Source of the DNA: Candidatus Cloacimonadota bacterium
Lineage (GTDB): Bacteria > Cloacimonadota > Cloacimonadia > Cloacimonadales > PWNZ01
Assembly: GCA_003564155.1 (NCBI GenBank)
Contig: PWOA01000054.1
Span: 26,237-90,236 of the forward strand
DNA: 64,000 nt
Reading direction: 5' to 3'
Positions within the stretch are counted from its first letter, which is position 1. Each line of letters starts with the position of its first letter. The notes under the pieces are model-generated. The model was given only the letters and a program-made list of their open reading frames with translations. It did no database searches and was not told the DNA's origin. Positions 40,186-50,136 of this stretch are shown piece by piece. The position numbers and the translations under genes are program-made.

Positions 40186-41961
40186 TTAACCTGCTTCCTT
40201 GTGACTCAAAAATTGTAAATTCACAAGTTTTTTATACTCATTGGATTCATTCAACAATTGGTTGTGAGTACCGGCAGCAATTATATTACCGTTGTGGAAG
40301 AAAATAATTTTATCGGAATGAATAACCGATGAAAGTCTGTGTGCTATAATTATTGCTGTTTTTTGCTCTAATATTTTATCCATAGCTTTTTGTATCTTTT
40401 TCTCTGTGAGAACATCTACTGAAGCAGTTGCTTCATCGAGTATAATGATTTCAGGGTCAAATACAATGGCTCGAGCGAAACTCAATAATTGTTTTTCTCC
40501 CACCGAAAGATTTTGACCTCTTTCCATTATTTCGGTTGCTATACCATTTTTTAAACGGGTAATCATTTCGGATGCACCGACATATTCTAAGGCTTCAAAA
40601 ATCTTTTCATCTACTATTGTATCATCGTAGATGCGGATATTTTCGCGTATATCTCCAGGGAAAAGATAGACATCTTGTAAGACTAACCCGATTTTTTTAC
40701 GCCATTCTTTTAAATCAAAGTCGTTAATATGTATTCCATCAACATAAATACCTCCACTTAGAATATTATAGAAACGACATAACAGGCTTATCGTTGTTGT
40801 CTTTCCACTACCGGAAGCTCCGACTAAGGCAACTTTTTCTCCTTTCTTGATACAGAAGTTAATATTATTCAATATCAACTCATCTTCTTTATATTGAAAG
40901 GAAACATTTCTAAATTCTATTAAATTATCAAATCTTATCGGTTGATATTTATGTTTCTCATTACCTTTATCAACGTCATATTCGCTACTGAGATTGAGGA
41001 TGTTGAAGATGCGGTATATCGATGCAAATGCACGTTGAATTTGATTAATGTTTTCAGAAACCATTATCAAAGGCCAGAATATCCTTTGCGTATATTGAAT
41101 AAAAACAATCAATGTACCAAGTGTAACTAAACCTAGAAGAATTTGAGGTGCTAAAAGATATATCAAGATTACGATGAAGACCGTTTCTATGAGAAAACCA
41201 AATAACCCCCAAAAACTGTATTCGGTAAATGTCGCTCTGGCATCAGTGTTTCTTTTTATTTTGGATTTATCGTCTAATATGCTTATTACTCGTTTTTGTT
41301 GATTGAATAATTGTATAATAGATATTCCTTGTATATATTCGGTAATGATTCCTGTGATTTGAGAATTGAGTTCCCTTATTTTGCGGTAAAATTTACCTAA
41401 ATAACTTACTAAAAGAAATAAACTAATGATAATTATACTTATTGGAATTAATAGTAACAGTGTGACATTGAAATGTCTTAAAAACATAACTATCAACATT
41501 CCTAAAAAGAAAAGTAAATTTCCAAATATAGTAACTGATAAATCTGAAAATAGTTGTCGTACATTTTCGCAATCACTCTCCACTCTTGCTATCAATTCTC
41601 CAACTGGATTATGATCAAAGTAACCTACAGGAAGATGAAGGAATTTATCAAACATTTGCATTTTTAATCGGGTTACAATTTTTATCCCCATTTTTGAAAG
41701 AAGAATAACTTGATAATAGGTCAATAAACCGGACAACACGATTACCGTAACAAACAATCCCGCAAATTGATACAACTTGCCTATGTCGTTATCGGGAACT
41801 ACTTTGTCGACGATATGGCCTATAATTAAGGGATCAATCAGCCGTAGTGTTGAAGTAATCAGCATCATTGTAAGTCCACTAAGAAAAAGCCATCTCTCCT
41901 TCTTAATATAGGGTGTGAGTTCTTTAATCATCTTAAAGTTAATAAATTTTTTCTTTTCCAT
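40186..41961 (-). CDS. ABC exporter, fused permease/ATPase (heterodimer partner 1)
   Basis: Exporter TM domain followed by Walker A GASGSGKTT, signature LSVGEKQL (degenerate relative to LSGGQ) and Walker B IIILDEATAS. This is the first gene of the pair. Confidence 0.88.
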   Translation of the reverse strand: MEKKKFINFKMIKELTPYIKKERWLFLSGLTMMLITSTLRLIDPLIIGHIVDKVVPDNDIGKLYQFAGLFVTVIVLSGLLTYYQVILLSKMGIKIVTRLKMQMFDKFLHLPVGYFDHNPVGELIARVESDCENVRQLFSDLSVTIFGNLLFFLGMLIVMFLRHFNVTLLLLIPISIIIISLFLLVSYLGKFYRKIRELNSQITGIITEYIQGISIIQLFNQQKRVISILDDKSKIKRNTDARATFTEYSFWGLFGFLIETVFIVILIYLLAPQILLGLVTLGTLIVFIQYTQRIFWPLIMVSENINQIQRAFASIYRIFNILNLSSEYDVDKGNEKHKYQPIRFDNLIEFRNVSFQYKEDELILNNINFCIKKGEKVALVGASGSGKTTTISLLCRFYNILSGGIYVDGIHINDFDLKEWRKKIGLVLQDVYLFPGDIRENIRIYDDTIVDEKIFEALEYVGASEMITRLKNGIATEIMERGQNLSVGEKQLLSFARAIVFDPEIIILDEATASVDVLTEKKIQKAMDKILEQKTAIIIAHRLSSVIHSDKIIFFHNGNIIAAGTHNQLLNESNEYKKLVNLQFLSHKEAG

Positions 41962-42102
41962 TATTCCTCATATCTGGTAGAAAATATATTGTTTTTATCT
42001 TCTTTATGGTATTATTGAGCTAATAAGTTGTCCTACATACTGTAGGTGTTGTAATGTCCTGGATGAAATAATTTGTGATATTATAATTTGAAAGAAAGGA
42101 GC

Positions 42103-42134
42103 AAAAAAAAACGCCACAGGTCTGTGCCCGTGGC
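42103..42134 (-). terminator. Intrinsic terminator inside the 5' leader of the ABC exporter operon
   Basis: The minus-strand RNA reads GCCACGGG-cacaga-CCUGUGGC, an 8-bp stem with one G-U pair, followed by U9 (the plus-strand A-run at 42103-42111). Confidence 0.7.
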
Positions 42135-42159
42135 GTTAGTAAAAATTATTCTAGAAAAT

Positions 42160-42246
42160 CTATTGTTTAGGACACCGTTCTCCAAATATAATTTTAGCTC
42201 TGATAGCTAAGATGACCACGGGATTGAAATTTGGTAACATGCTCAT
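42160..42246 (-). CDS. Candidate 28-codon leader ORF (MSMLPNFNPVVILAIRAKIIFGERCPKQ)
   Basis: ATG at 42246-42244 and TAG at 42162-42160. GGGAGG at 42265-42260 sits 13 nt upstream, which is a long spacer. The ORF lies between a TTGACA box and the leader terminator. It is below the ORF-track length cutoff. Confidence 0.35.
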   Translation of the reverse strand: MSMLPNFNPVVILAIRAKIIFGERCPKQ

Positions 42247-42585
42247 GTCTCTTAATTAACCTCCCTTCTAAAGTATTATTACTGAGGAACCGAAATATAT
42301 ATCACTGTTATTATGTCAATAAAAATCAAATTATCTGTGTTGGCGATAGAGAGTGACATCCTTTAGAAAAGAGACCAAAAATCACAATATTTCGTTTTTA
42401 AGGATGATACCGGGAAGTTTGAAAAAATTATTGAAGCAACATGTATATAGTACTTAATCATAAAGATACAGGAATTATTATCGCTTTGTTTTGATCATCG
42501 TACATGCTATTAACAAAGAACTGTGTAGATTTATTTTGACAATTTATGCGTCATTATTTAGATCAATACATAGAAGGAGGATGTT

Positions 42586-43788
42586 ATGAATATTATGAGG
42601 ATTTCCATATCATTTCTAATTACTATATGTTTATCCACGTCTGTTGTCAAAGCAGATGTTAATGTCCAAGATATTGTAGTCAGTATTAACCGATTCACTT
42701 TTGATTATTTGTCTAATTTAGGAGATCACAACAGTATATTTTCTTCTTATTCGGTATCAGCATCTTTAGCAATAACCTATGCAGGTTCATCGGGAAAAAC
42801 TGAGGAAGAAATGGCTCAAACAATGTATTTCCCACAGAAAACGAAAGAATTTCATACAGCATTTTATGGATTAAATAATGCGTTGGTAAAAAGAAAACAT
42901 GAAGGTATTTCTCTTCATATAGCTAATGCATTGTGGGCTGATAATACAACATTACTTTTAGATGATTATTTAACGACAACCAATGAATACTATGGTGCAG
43001 GAGTTAATAGAGTCGATTTTATTAATCAAACTGAAAAAACCAGGTTAAAGATTAATAGATGGATTGAAGAACAAACTGAAAATCGGATCAAAGATATGCT
43101 TGAACCTAATACAATAACCCCATTAACTCGTTTAGTCATAACAAATGCAATTTATTTTTTAGGAAGTTGGCAAGATGTATTCTTAGAGGAGAATACTGAA
43201 GATAAATCATTCTATTTGACATCAGGAGAAGAAATTACAACACCTTTTATGCAAAGAGAAGGTTTTTATAATTATAGTTTTAATGATGACACCAAAATCG
43301 TAGAAATACCATATGAAAAAAAAGAGTTAGCTATGGTTATTATTATACCAAAAGTAGAACATACTCTTCAAGAATTGGTAAATAGACTTAATTACGAAGA
43401 ATTTGAAAAAAATATCAGTACTTTAACGAGAGGTTATATAAGTTTCCAGATTCCCAAGTTCAGCTTCGAATCCAAGTATAATCTCAAAGATCTGCTTATT
43501 AAGCTGGGAATGCAAAAAGCTTTTACCGATAAGGCAGATTTCTCGCATATGATAAGTTCTGATCAAGAATTACAAATTGACGAAATAATACATCAAGCCT
43601 TTATCGAAGTTAATGAGAAAGGTACTGAAGCTGCTGCATCTACTGCTGTAGTTATGAGAACAACAGCATTTCAGGATGAAGTAAAACCTATTGTATTCAG
43701 AGCTGATAGACCATTTATGTTCTTTATACGAGATACAGTTAACGGAGCAATTTTATTTAGCGGTACCTTATATGATCCGCGAAATTGA
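42586..43788 (+). CDS. Serpin family serine-protease inhibitor (secreted)
   Basis: Has a signal peptide. The hinge and reactive-centre loop read EKGTEAAASTAVVMRTTAF, followed by RADRPFMFFIRD...ILFSGTLYDP. 400 aa. AAGGAGG lies upstream. Confidence 0.9.
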   Translation: MNIMRISISFLITICLSTSVVKADVNVQDIVVSINRFTFDYLSNLGDHNSIFSSYSVSASLAITYAGSSGKTEEEMAQTMYFPQKTKEFHTAFYGLNNALVKRKHEGISLHIANALWADNTTLLLDDYLTTTNEYYGAGVNRVDFINQTEKTRLKINRWIEEQTENRIKDMLEPNTITPLTRLVITNAIYFLGSWQDVFLEENTEDKSFYLTSGEEITTPFMQREGFYNYSFNDDTKIVEIPYEKKELAMVIIIPKVEHTLQELVNRLNYEEFEKNISTLTRGYISFQIPKFSFESKYNLKDLLIKLGMQKAFTDKADFSHMISSDQELQIDEIIHQAFIEVNEKGTEAAASTAVVMRTTAFQDEVKPIVFRADRPFMFFIRDTVNGAILFSGTLYDPRN

Positions 43789-43952
43789 ATTTATTATAAT
43801 TAGATACTCAGTTTATTAGTTATCGCTATTCATATTATTTTGGTTTGATTCAGAGCTAAACATAATCAATTATACTGATTGACAATATGTAGTATTTTAG
43901 TTTTTTACGTTATCAATCCAAACATTATTAAGTTTTAGAAAAGGAGATTTAA

Positions 43953-44816
43953 ATGGTTACGAATGCAGATACCGTTTTTATTGATTTGCAAAAAATCAGA
44001 AAACAGAAACCTCTTGTCCATAACATAACCAATTATGTTGTAATGAGTAATACGGCAAATGCCTTGTTATCATTGGGAGCTTCACCAATTATGGCACATG
44101 CAGTTGAAGAAGTCCATGATATTGTAAATATTTCATCAGCTTTAGCTGTTAACATTGGCACACTTAGCAGTCATTGGATTAAAGCTATGAAAATTGCAAT
44201 GAAATCAGCCTTTGATAAAGGGATACCTATAGTATTTGATCCGGTAGGTGTGGGAGCAAGTACATTTAGAACACAGACATGCATTGACTTACTAAGATCG
44301 GTAAAGCCAACTATTATCAGAGGGAATCCTTCAGAGATTATCGTATTATCTAATGTATTACAGACTATAATAACTGATTATAATAATTTAAGTAATACTG
44401 ATACGCAGGTTTCTAAAGGAGTTGATTCGACAGAAAGCAGTTATACAGCATTAGATGCAGCTAAACTACTTTCTCAAATGTTAGATTGCATAGTTAGTGT
44501 AAGTGGTGATATTGATTTCGTTGTTTATAATGATTCTATTGAAAAAATTGCAAACGGGCATATTATGATGCCTTTAGTAACCGGTTTGGGCTGTACAGCA
44601 ACAAGTTTAACAGCAGCTTTCGCAGCTGTTAATAAATCTTCTTTTCAGGCAGCAGTTAATGCAATGATTATTATGGGTATTGCCGGAGAAATTGCAGCTT
44701 CTGAAGCATTAGGTCCGGGCACATTACAGGTTGAGTTTATTGATGCTCTTTATTCATTGGACAAAGAGCAGATTGAAGCAAGGATAAAGATTTCATCAAA
44801 TCCAATCGGTATATGA
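43953..44816 (+). CDS. thiM: Hydroxyethylthiazole kinase
   Basis: PLVHNITNYVVMSNTANALLSLGASPIMA, GNPSEI, and GLGCTATSLTAAF. Confidence 0.9.
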   Translation: MVTNADTVFIDLQKIRKQKPLVHNITNYVVMSNTANALLSLGASPIMAHAVEEVHDIVNISSALAVNIGTLSSHWIKAMKIAMKSAFDKGIPIVFDPVGVGASTFRTQTCIDLLRSVKPTIIRGNPSEIIVLSNVLQTIITDYNNLSNTDTQVSKGVDSTESSYTALDAAKLLSQMLDCIVSVSGDIDFVVYNDSIEKIANGHIMMPLVTGLGCTATSLTAAFAAVNKSSFQAAVNAMIIMGIAGEIAASEALGPGTLQVEFIDALYSLDKEQIEARIKISSNPIGI

Positions 44817-45451
44817 GAGAAATTGACTTAAGCCTGTATCTAGTGACTGATCAAAAGTTGTGTTTAGGTAGGGATTTGACAGATATAGTTGAAGAGTCAG
44901 TAAGAGGTGGAGTAACGCTAGTACAGTTAAGGGAGAAAGATATTGTCGATCGGGAATTTTATCGTATTGCATTAAAGTTGAAAAACATGCTAAAAAAATA
45001 TCATGTTCCTCTCATTATCAATAACAGGGTTGATATTGCAATAGCTGTAGGTGCAGATGGGGTTCATTTAGGTCAAAATGATATCCATCACACAAAGGCT
45101 CGATTATTGTTGGATAGAGATGCATTGATTGGTTTATCGATCGAATCTTTAAGTCAGGTAAAACTGGCTAATAATACTGATGTTGATTATTTAAGTGTAA
45201 GTCCGATTTTTTATACCCCAACTAAAGTTGATACTGTTATAGAGTGGGGACTAGAGGGTTTGAAACAAGTAAGGGAAATGACAAACAAGCAACTGGTTAG
45301 TATCGGCGGCATTAACCAAAACAATATTATGGACATAATGAATGCGGGCTCCCAGGGAGTTGCTGTCGTATCTGCAATCTGTTCCGCAGATAATCCGTTT
45401 AAGACTACTGTGTGTTTAAAAAAAATGATAGATGAATATAAAAAGGATTAG
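44813..45451 (+). CDS. thiE: Thiamine-phosphate synthase
   Basis: LYLVTD, VQLREKD, LIINNRVDIAIAVGADGVHLGQND, and IGGI. The start overlaps the thiM stop (ATGA). Confidence 0.9.
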   Translation: MREIDLSLYLVTDQKLCLGRDLTDIVEESVRGGVTLVQLREKDIVDREFYRIALKLKNMLKKYHVPLIINNRVDIAIAVGADGVHLGQNDIHHTKARLLLDRDALIGLSIESLSQVKLANNTDVDYLSVSPIFYTPTKVDTVIEWGLEGLKQVREMTNKQLVSIGGINQNNIMDIMNAGSQGVAVVSAICSADNPFKTTVCLKKMIDEYKKD

Positions 45452-45459
45452 AAGACACA

Positions 45460-46497
45460 TTGAAAAAGATTAGTGAGTTCGAATATATAAAAAAGTTTTC
45501 GGGTCAGTTTCTAAAAAATTTACCTAAACAGGTAACAGGAATTGGGGATGATTGTGCAATTATCCCCTACACTTCTGAAAAATCGTTATTGTTGTCTACT
45601 GATACTTTAGTTGATACAGTTCATTTCCTTAGTCACAAAATGCATCCTTATGATGTAGCTTACAAATCGTTAATGGTTAATATTAGTGATATTGCCGCGA
45701 TGGGTGGGGTCCCGCTTTTTGTATTACTCTCTCTTGCAATTTCTCCAGATACTGAAATAAATTGGCTAGATAGTTTTTTTGAAGGTCTCCGGGATAGTTG
45801 TCAAAAATATAGTGTTAATCTTATTGGTGGTGATACGACTAAAACTCCCGGAAAAACTGTTATTTCTCTGACCATAATTGGAACTGCGGTTACTAAAAAC
45901 ATTAAATACCGTTCATCTGCACAAATTGGTGATCTAATATGCTTAACAGGTACAATAGGAGATTCTGCAGCGGGGTTGAAATGCTATTTGGAAGATTTGA
46001 TTCCCTTAAATATTATTAATTGTGGAATTAAGGAAAAAGCAAAAACTGGTTCAGATATAGAGAAAATTATTTATGCTCATTTACGACCACGTCCGCATAT
46101 TGAAGAAGGTTTGTTATTATCAAAAAGTAATGATGTTAATGCTCTGATTGATATCTCGGATGGCATTGAATCTGATGTCAGAAGAATAATGGAAAATTCT
46201 AGATGTGGAGCTGAAATTGAACTGATAGACCTTCCTCTATCTTCTTCATTTGTAAAACTAGCCGACAAATATGGTTGGGATTGCTATGAATTAGCTATAA
46301 CAGGGGGAGAAGATTACTGTCTTATGGTAACTATAAGACCAGATGCTTACCAAAAGATTGCAACTCAATTCAAGAATAAGATCGATTCACGTTTGACTGT
46401 CATCGGGGAAATTATCAGTATAGATGAAGGTTTGTTAATTAAGAAAAATAACAAAGTTATAAACTTTAAGAACCATGGATACGACCATTTTCGTTGA
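45460..46497 (+). CDS. thiL: Thiamine-monophosphate kinase
   Basis: [30 protein letters not shown]-type motif ([13 protein letters not shown]), and GGDTT. TTG start. Confidence 0.87.
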   Translation: MKKISEFEYIKKFSGQFLKNLPKQVTGIGDDCAIIPYTSEKSLLLSTDTLVDTVHFLSHKMHPYDVAYKSLMVNISDIAAMGGVPLFVLLSLAISPDTEINWLDSFFEGLRDSCQKYSVNLIGGDTTKTPGKTVISLTIIGTAVTKNIKYRSSAQIGDLICLTGTIGDSAAGLKCYLEDLIPLNIINCGIKEKAKTGSDIEKIIYAHLRPRPHIEEGLLLSKSNDVNALIDISDGIESDVRRIMENSRCGAEIELIDLPLSSSFVKLADKYGWDCYELAITGGEDYCLMVTIRPDAYQKIATQFKNKIDSRLTVIGEIISIDEGLLIKKNNKVINFKNHGYDHFR

Positions 46498-46514
46498 ACA
46501 AAGGAGAAAATAAT

Positions 46515-47333
46515 ATGTATAAAGCCTTAACTGTAGCCGGATCCGATAGTGGAGGAGGAGCAGGAATACAAGCAGATTTAAAGACTTTTAGTGCTTTCGG
46601 AGTGTATGGGATGTCGGTTTTAACAGCTGTTACCGCTCAAAACACTTGTGGTGTTTTTGGTATAGAAGAGCTTTCTCTGGATATTATCAGAAAACAATTT
46701 GATGCAGTTATTAAAGATATTGGTACTGATGCAGTAAAAACGGGCATGCTTGGCAATTCCCGAATAGTAAAACTTGTAGCTGATAAAATCGACAATTTCG
46801 GATTGTCCAATGTTGTGGTGGATCCCGTTATGATAGCTAAAAGCGGCGATTCGCTGTTATCTCAAGAAGCTGTAGTACAAGTAAAAAAGTTGCTGATACC
46901 TTTAGCTGAAGTGATAACACCAAATATACCTGAAGCTGAAATACTTTTAAACAATAAGATAACTTCCGAACAAGATATGGAACAAGCTGCAGTAGAACTT
47001 CATCATCTTGGTTGTAAATTTGTTGTGATCAAAGGAGGTCATCTATCTGAAAAACATAATCCAGATATTCAAGAAGCAATAGATATCATATATGATGGCA
47101 GTAAAATTGTAAGTTTGCGTGACAAGTATATATTAACAACAAATACCCACGGGACCGGTTGTACATACGCTTCAGCGATTGCAGCTAGTTTAGCTCAAGG
47201 ATGCTCGACGCTAAACGCGATCAAGAATGCTAAAATTTTTATAACAAAAGCAATAGCAACTTCTACTAACTTAGGGAAAGGGCATGGGCCAGTTAATCAC
47301 TTGATTTATGTAAATAGAAACGAACTGTATTAG
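46515..47333 (+). CDS. thiD: Hydroxymethylpyrimidine/phosphomethylpyrimidine kinase
   Basis: [28 protein letters not shown], and [20 protein letters not shown] lies 8 nt upstream of ATG 46515. The ORF-track TTG at 46494 is probably an over-extension. Confidence 0.9.
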   Translation: MYKALTVAGSDSGGGAGIQADLKTFSAFGVYGMSVLTAVTAQNTCGVFGIEELSLDIIRKQFDAVIKDIGTDAVKTGMLGNSRIVKLVADKIDNFGLSNVVVDPVMIAKSGDSLLSQEAVVQVKKLLIPLAEVITPNIPEAEILLNNKITSEQDMEQAAVELHHLGCKFVVIKGGHLSEKHNPDIQEAIDIIYDGSKIVSLRDKYILTTNTHGTGCTYASAIAASLAQGCSTLNAIKNAKIFITKAIATSTNLGKGHGPVNHLIYVNRNELY

Positions 47334-47555
47334 CTTATGATAATACTTTATATATATATCAACAGATGACTCATATTGAAGGGTTTAATGTGGCTAAGTG
47401 ATTAGAATTTTATAATTATAACTTGTTAAACCATATTCTTTGTCTTATAAGCGTTAGTTATATTTTTATTGACGGATTTCACGTAGTGATATTATTGATT
47501 ATTGATGATTAGATGTATGAATATTAATAGAGTAAATAGATTTGGGAGGAGACAT

Positions 47556-49967
47556 ATGTCTTATAACTGTAAGTTAATAACAGAAAGAATAAGTTTTTCG
47601 AAAGGATTATTTATCATAATTGCATTATTCGCAATGATAATTTCACTAATTGTTATTGGTTGCGGCAAAGATGGTGTATTGGAAAATATTGATAGACCTG
47701 AAGTATTCATAACTTCTTATGAAGGAGTCGATGATCCAGCAACGATAGATAAACCTTATTTTTTCCAAAGAAGAATATTTTGGAGAGGTGAATCATCAAG
47801 AGGAAGGATAACGGGATTTGCATATAGGATTTTAGAAGATGATGGAGAAACACCTTATCAATCTCCGAGAACTTATATTGACCCTGATGGTTGGGTTTAT
47901 CATTATAAACCGGGAGCTGATGAGTCTATACCTTTAACCGGTGATCCCCAAAGTCTCGAAGTACGCACTATTTGGACAACACAAACTCATGATGTGATTC
48001 ATTTCCCCGGTACTAGATCGGATGGAGACAGCACAGCGGTAACTAGTATATTCGAATTAAAGTGTAAGGATCATTACGAACAAGAGAGTGACACAATAAG
48101 AAGATATTTTAATGTAGTATCACATGTACCGAATATAGATGTAATATTCTCAGATAGATTTAGGCCAATCCCAGCAGCTGCGAAAGAAGAACCATATTAT
48201 CCGACTTTGGGTTTAGGTTTTGAAGTAGAATTCGAAATGGAAGAGAATACCCCATACACCACACCACAAAATAGGCCGAATTATTTCAAGTTTAGGATTG
48301 AAAGGAGAAATATTGCAACTCAAGAAGTTCTAAAACGTCTTCCTGAACAGGAAAATGAGTGGTTTGACACTCAAAATCAAAGTAACGTAAGCAGAATTTG
48401 GTTAGCCCAGCAAGATGATGATCCTTCCGATTTTAATGACAGAGATGATGTTTATCTAATTTTGACTCCTGATGAATTTGAGAATAACGACAGAAATAAA
48501 CCGATAACCGAAACTATACTTTATATGAAAGCAGTAAATTTTGCAAATGTTCATTCTCCGATTCAAGATGCGAAATTTCGTGTTTATGACAATTTTCGTC
48601 CTCAAGCTTTAGTATACACAGAAGGGACTAATGTTTTAGGAAGGAACCATTTTACTACTTATCAAGATGGATCACTGTCAAGACCTTTGCCGGAAGTACC
48701 AACACCGGAAGGAACTCATTTTGGCACACCATTTTTCCCAACTAAGGACGGAACTTTGGCAGCTTTATGGAGTGACGATATCCGTATATATCTCAGATGG
48801 GGTTGGGAAGGACAATACGAAAATAATGATCCCGACAGAGGGTTTATAAATGAAGTACATGATGCTCAAACCGGTGATGACTATTTAACAGCTATAAAAG
48901 CTTTTGATTTACGATTAGGAGATAGTCCTTATCCCTTTCCACCATTAGTAAATCATCCGGATTATGAAACAAAATATCGTTATTTAGATTCCGATGGTAC
49001 AGAATGGTTAAGAGTGCCTCGATTTCACGAAATCGATACTCGAGCTTTATTGTCTGGAATTCCACCCGGTGAGTATTCCTTTCAAGTTAGAGTAGTTGAT
49101 GCTCAAAATAGGTTTTCTGCGGTTGAAGAATTCCCTTTTAAAATAGCAGAAACTGTAACCAGAGAAGAAAAGAACGGGATTTTGATTATTGATAATGAAA
49201 CATTTCCAAATCCAGCATTTAAGGAATATACTGTCAATTACTACCAAGAGATACTTGATAATATGGATGTTGATAAAGTTGACGTTATAAGCCGTCATCA
49301 GATGCGAAATAAACATGAAGATCTTGGCATGCATTTCGGTAGAATATTCCTTTCAACTGCAGATCTTGAACCATATCGTTTAGTTATATGGCATTCCGAT
49401 AATCCTGCAGATATAGGACCAAATAATGCTAACATGCACCAAGAGTACGAAGTTTTGAATCTGTATTTAAGAGGTGGTGGTAATGTTCTGGTTAGTGCTG
49501 GATCAAATTTAAACGCTATGAAAAGAGCAGCTGATGCTCAAGCATTCTTCAACTTCACTTTTCATAATTATTTCGGTCTCCCATTTAGAAATGACGAAAT
49601 TACGGGAACTATATCAACTTCAATGACCGCTAGGCCATACTTTAAGGGAGCTAAACCCGAAGTTGGTGCACCATTAACTTTTAATGACATTGATGTAAAC
49701 CCGGAACATCCTTTTCTTGATGCGCTCCGATTAGATGCTTTTGGAACAGTTACATATTTCAATGAAGATTATCTGTTACCTTCTACTAAACCAATTTATA
49801 GAATTAAAGCAACTGAAGAGGGTGAAGAATTTGATGGTCTTCCTATAGCTATCAGGACAAAAACCAATAATAATAATACCTATATGTTTGGTTTCCCATT
49901 GTCTTTTATGAAACAAGATCAAGTTATTGAAATGTTGTCTGAGATATATAAAGATGTCAGTAATTGA
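47556..49967 (+). CDS. Large hypothetical lipoprotein (803 aa)
   Basis: GGAGG lies 6 nt upstream of ATG 47556. Signal peptide with lipobox LIVIGC. Ig/Y_Y_Y-like modules (GEYSFQVRVVDAQNRFS). The C-terminal alpha/beta region carries ILIIDNE...YRLVIWHSDN...LYLRGGGNVLVSAG. Confidence 0.75.
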   Translation: MSYNCKLITERISFSKGLFIIIALFAMIISLIVIGCGKDGVLENIDRPEVFITSYEGVDDPATIDKPYFFQRRIFWRGESSRGRITGFAYRILEDDGETPYQSPRTYIDPDGWVYHYKPGADESIPLTGDPQSLEVRTIWTTQTHDVIHFPGTRSDGDSTAVTSIFELKCKDHYEQESDTIRRYFNVVSHVPNIDVIFSDRFRPIPAAAKEEPYYPTLGLGFEVEFEMEENTPYTTPQNRPNYFKFRIERRNIATQEVLKRLPEQENEWFDTQNQSNVSRIWLAQQDDDPSDFNDRDDVYLILTPDEFENNDRNKPITETILYMKAVNFANVHSPIQDAKFRVYDNFRPQALVYTEGTNVLGRNHFTTYQDGSLSRPLPEVPTPEGTHFGTPFFPTKDGTLAALWSDDIRIYLRWGWEGQYENNDPDRGFINEVHDAQTGDDYLTAIKAFDLRLGDSPYPFPPLVNHPDYETKYRYLDSDGTEWLRVPRFHEIDTRALLSGIPPGEYSFQVRVVDAQNRFSAVEEFPFKIAETVTREEKNGILIIDNETFPNPAFKEYTVNYYQEILDNMDVDKVDVISRHQMRNKHEDLGMHFGRIFLSTADLEPYRLVIWHSDNPADIGPNNANMHQEYEVLNLYLRGGGNVLVSAGSNLNAMKRAADAQAFFNFTFHNYFGLPFRNDEITGTISTSMTARPYFKGAKPEVGAPLTFNDIDVNPEHPFLDALRLDAFGTVTYFNEDYLLPSTKPIYRIKATEEGEEFDGLPIAIRTKTNNNNTYMFGFPLSFMKQDQVIEMLSEIYKDVSN

Positions 49968-50049
49968 TAAAAACTATCATCGATATGATGGTATGCCTTA
50001 AAACAATATAAACCAAATAGGTTATTAACAACTGTATATATAATAATTA

Positions 50050-50076
50050 ATAGGGGCAATTGCCCCTATTTTGTTA
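50050..50076 (+). terminator. Rho-independent terminator after the lipoprotein gene
   Basis: Perfect palindrome ATAGGGGC-aatt-GCCCCTAT (50050-50069) followed by TTTGTT. Confidence 0.75.
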
Positions 50077-50136
50077 TTATTTTGATTATACTAATTTGCT
50101 TTATGAAATCATAATATTTATTAAGGATGGCTGAGT

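Noticed and set aside
43789-43952. TPP riboswitch expected upstream of thiM
   Set aside because: The conserved THI-box elements (CUGAGA and the pyrimidine-sensor helix sequence) are not present by eye. This is reported as an absence rather than as a feature.
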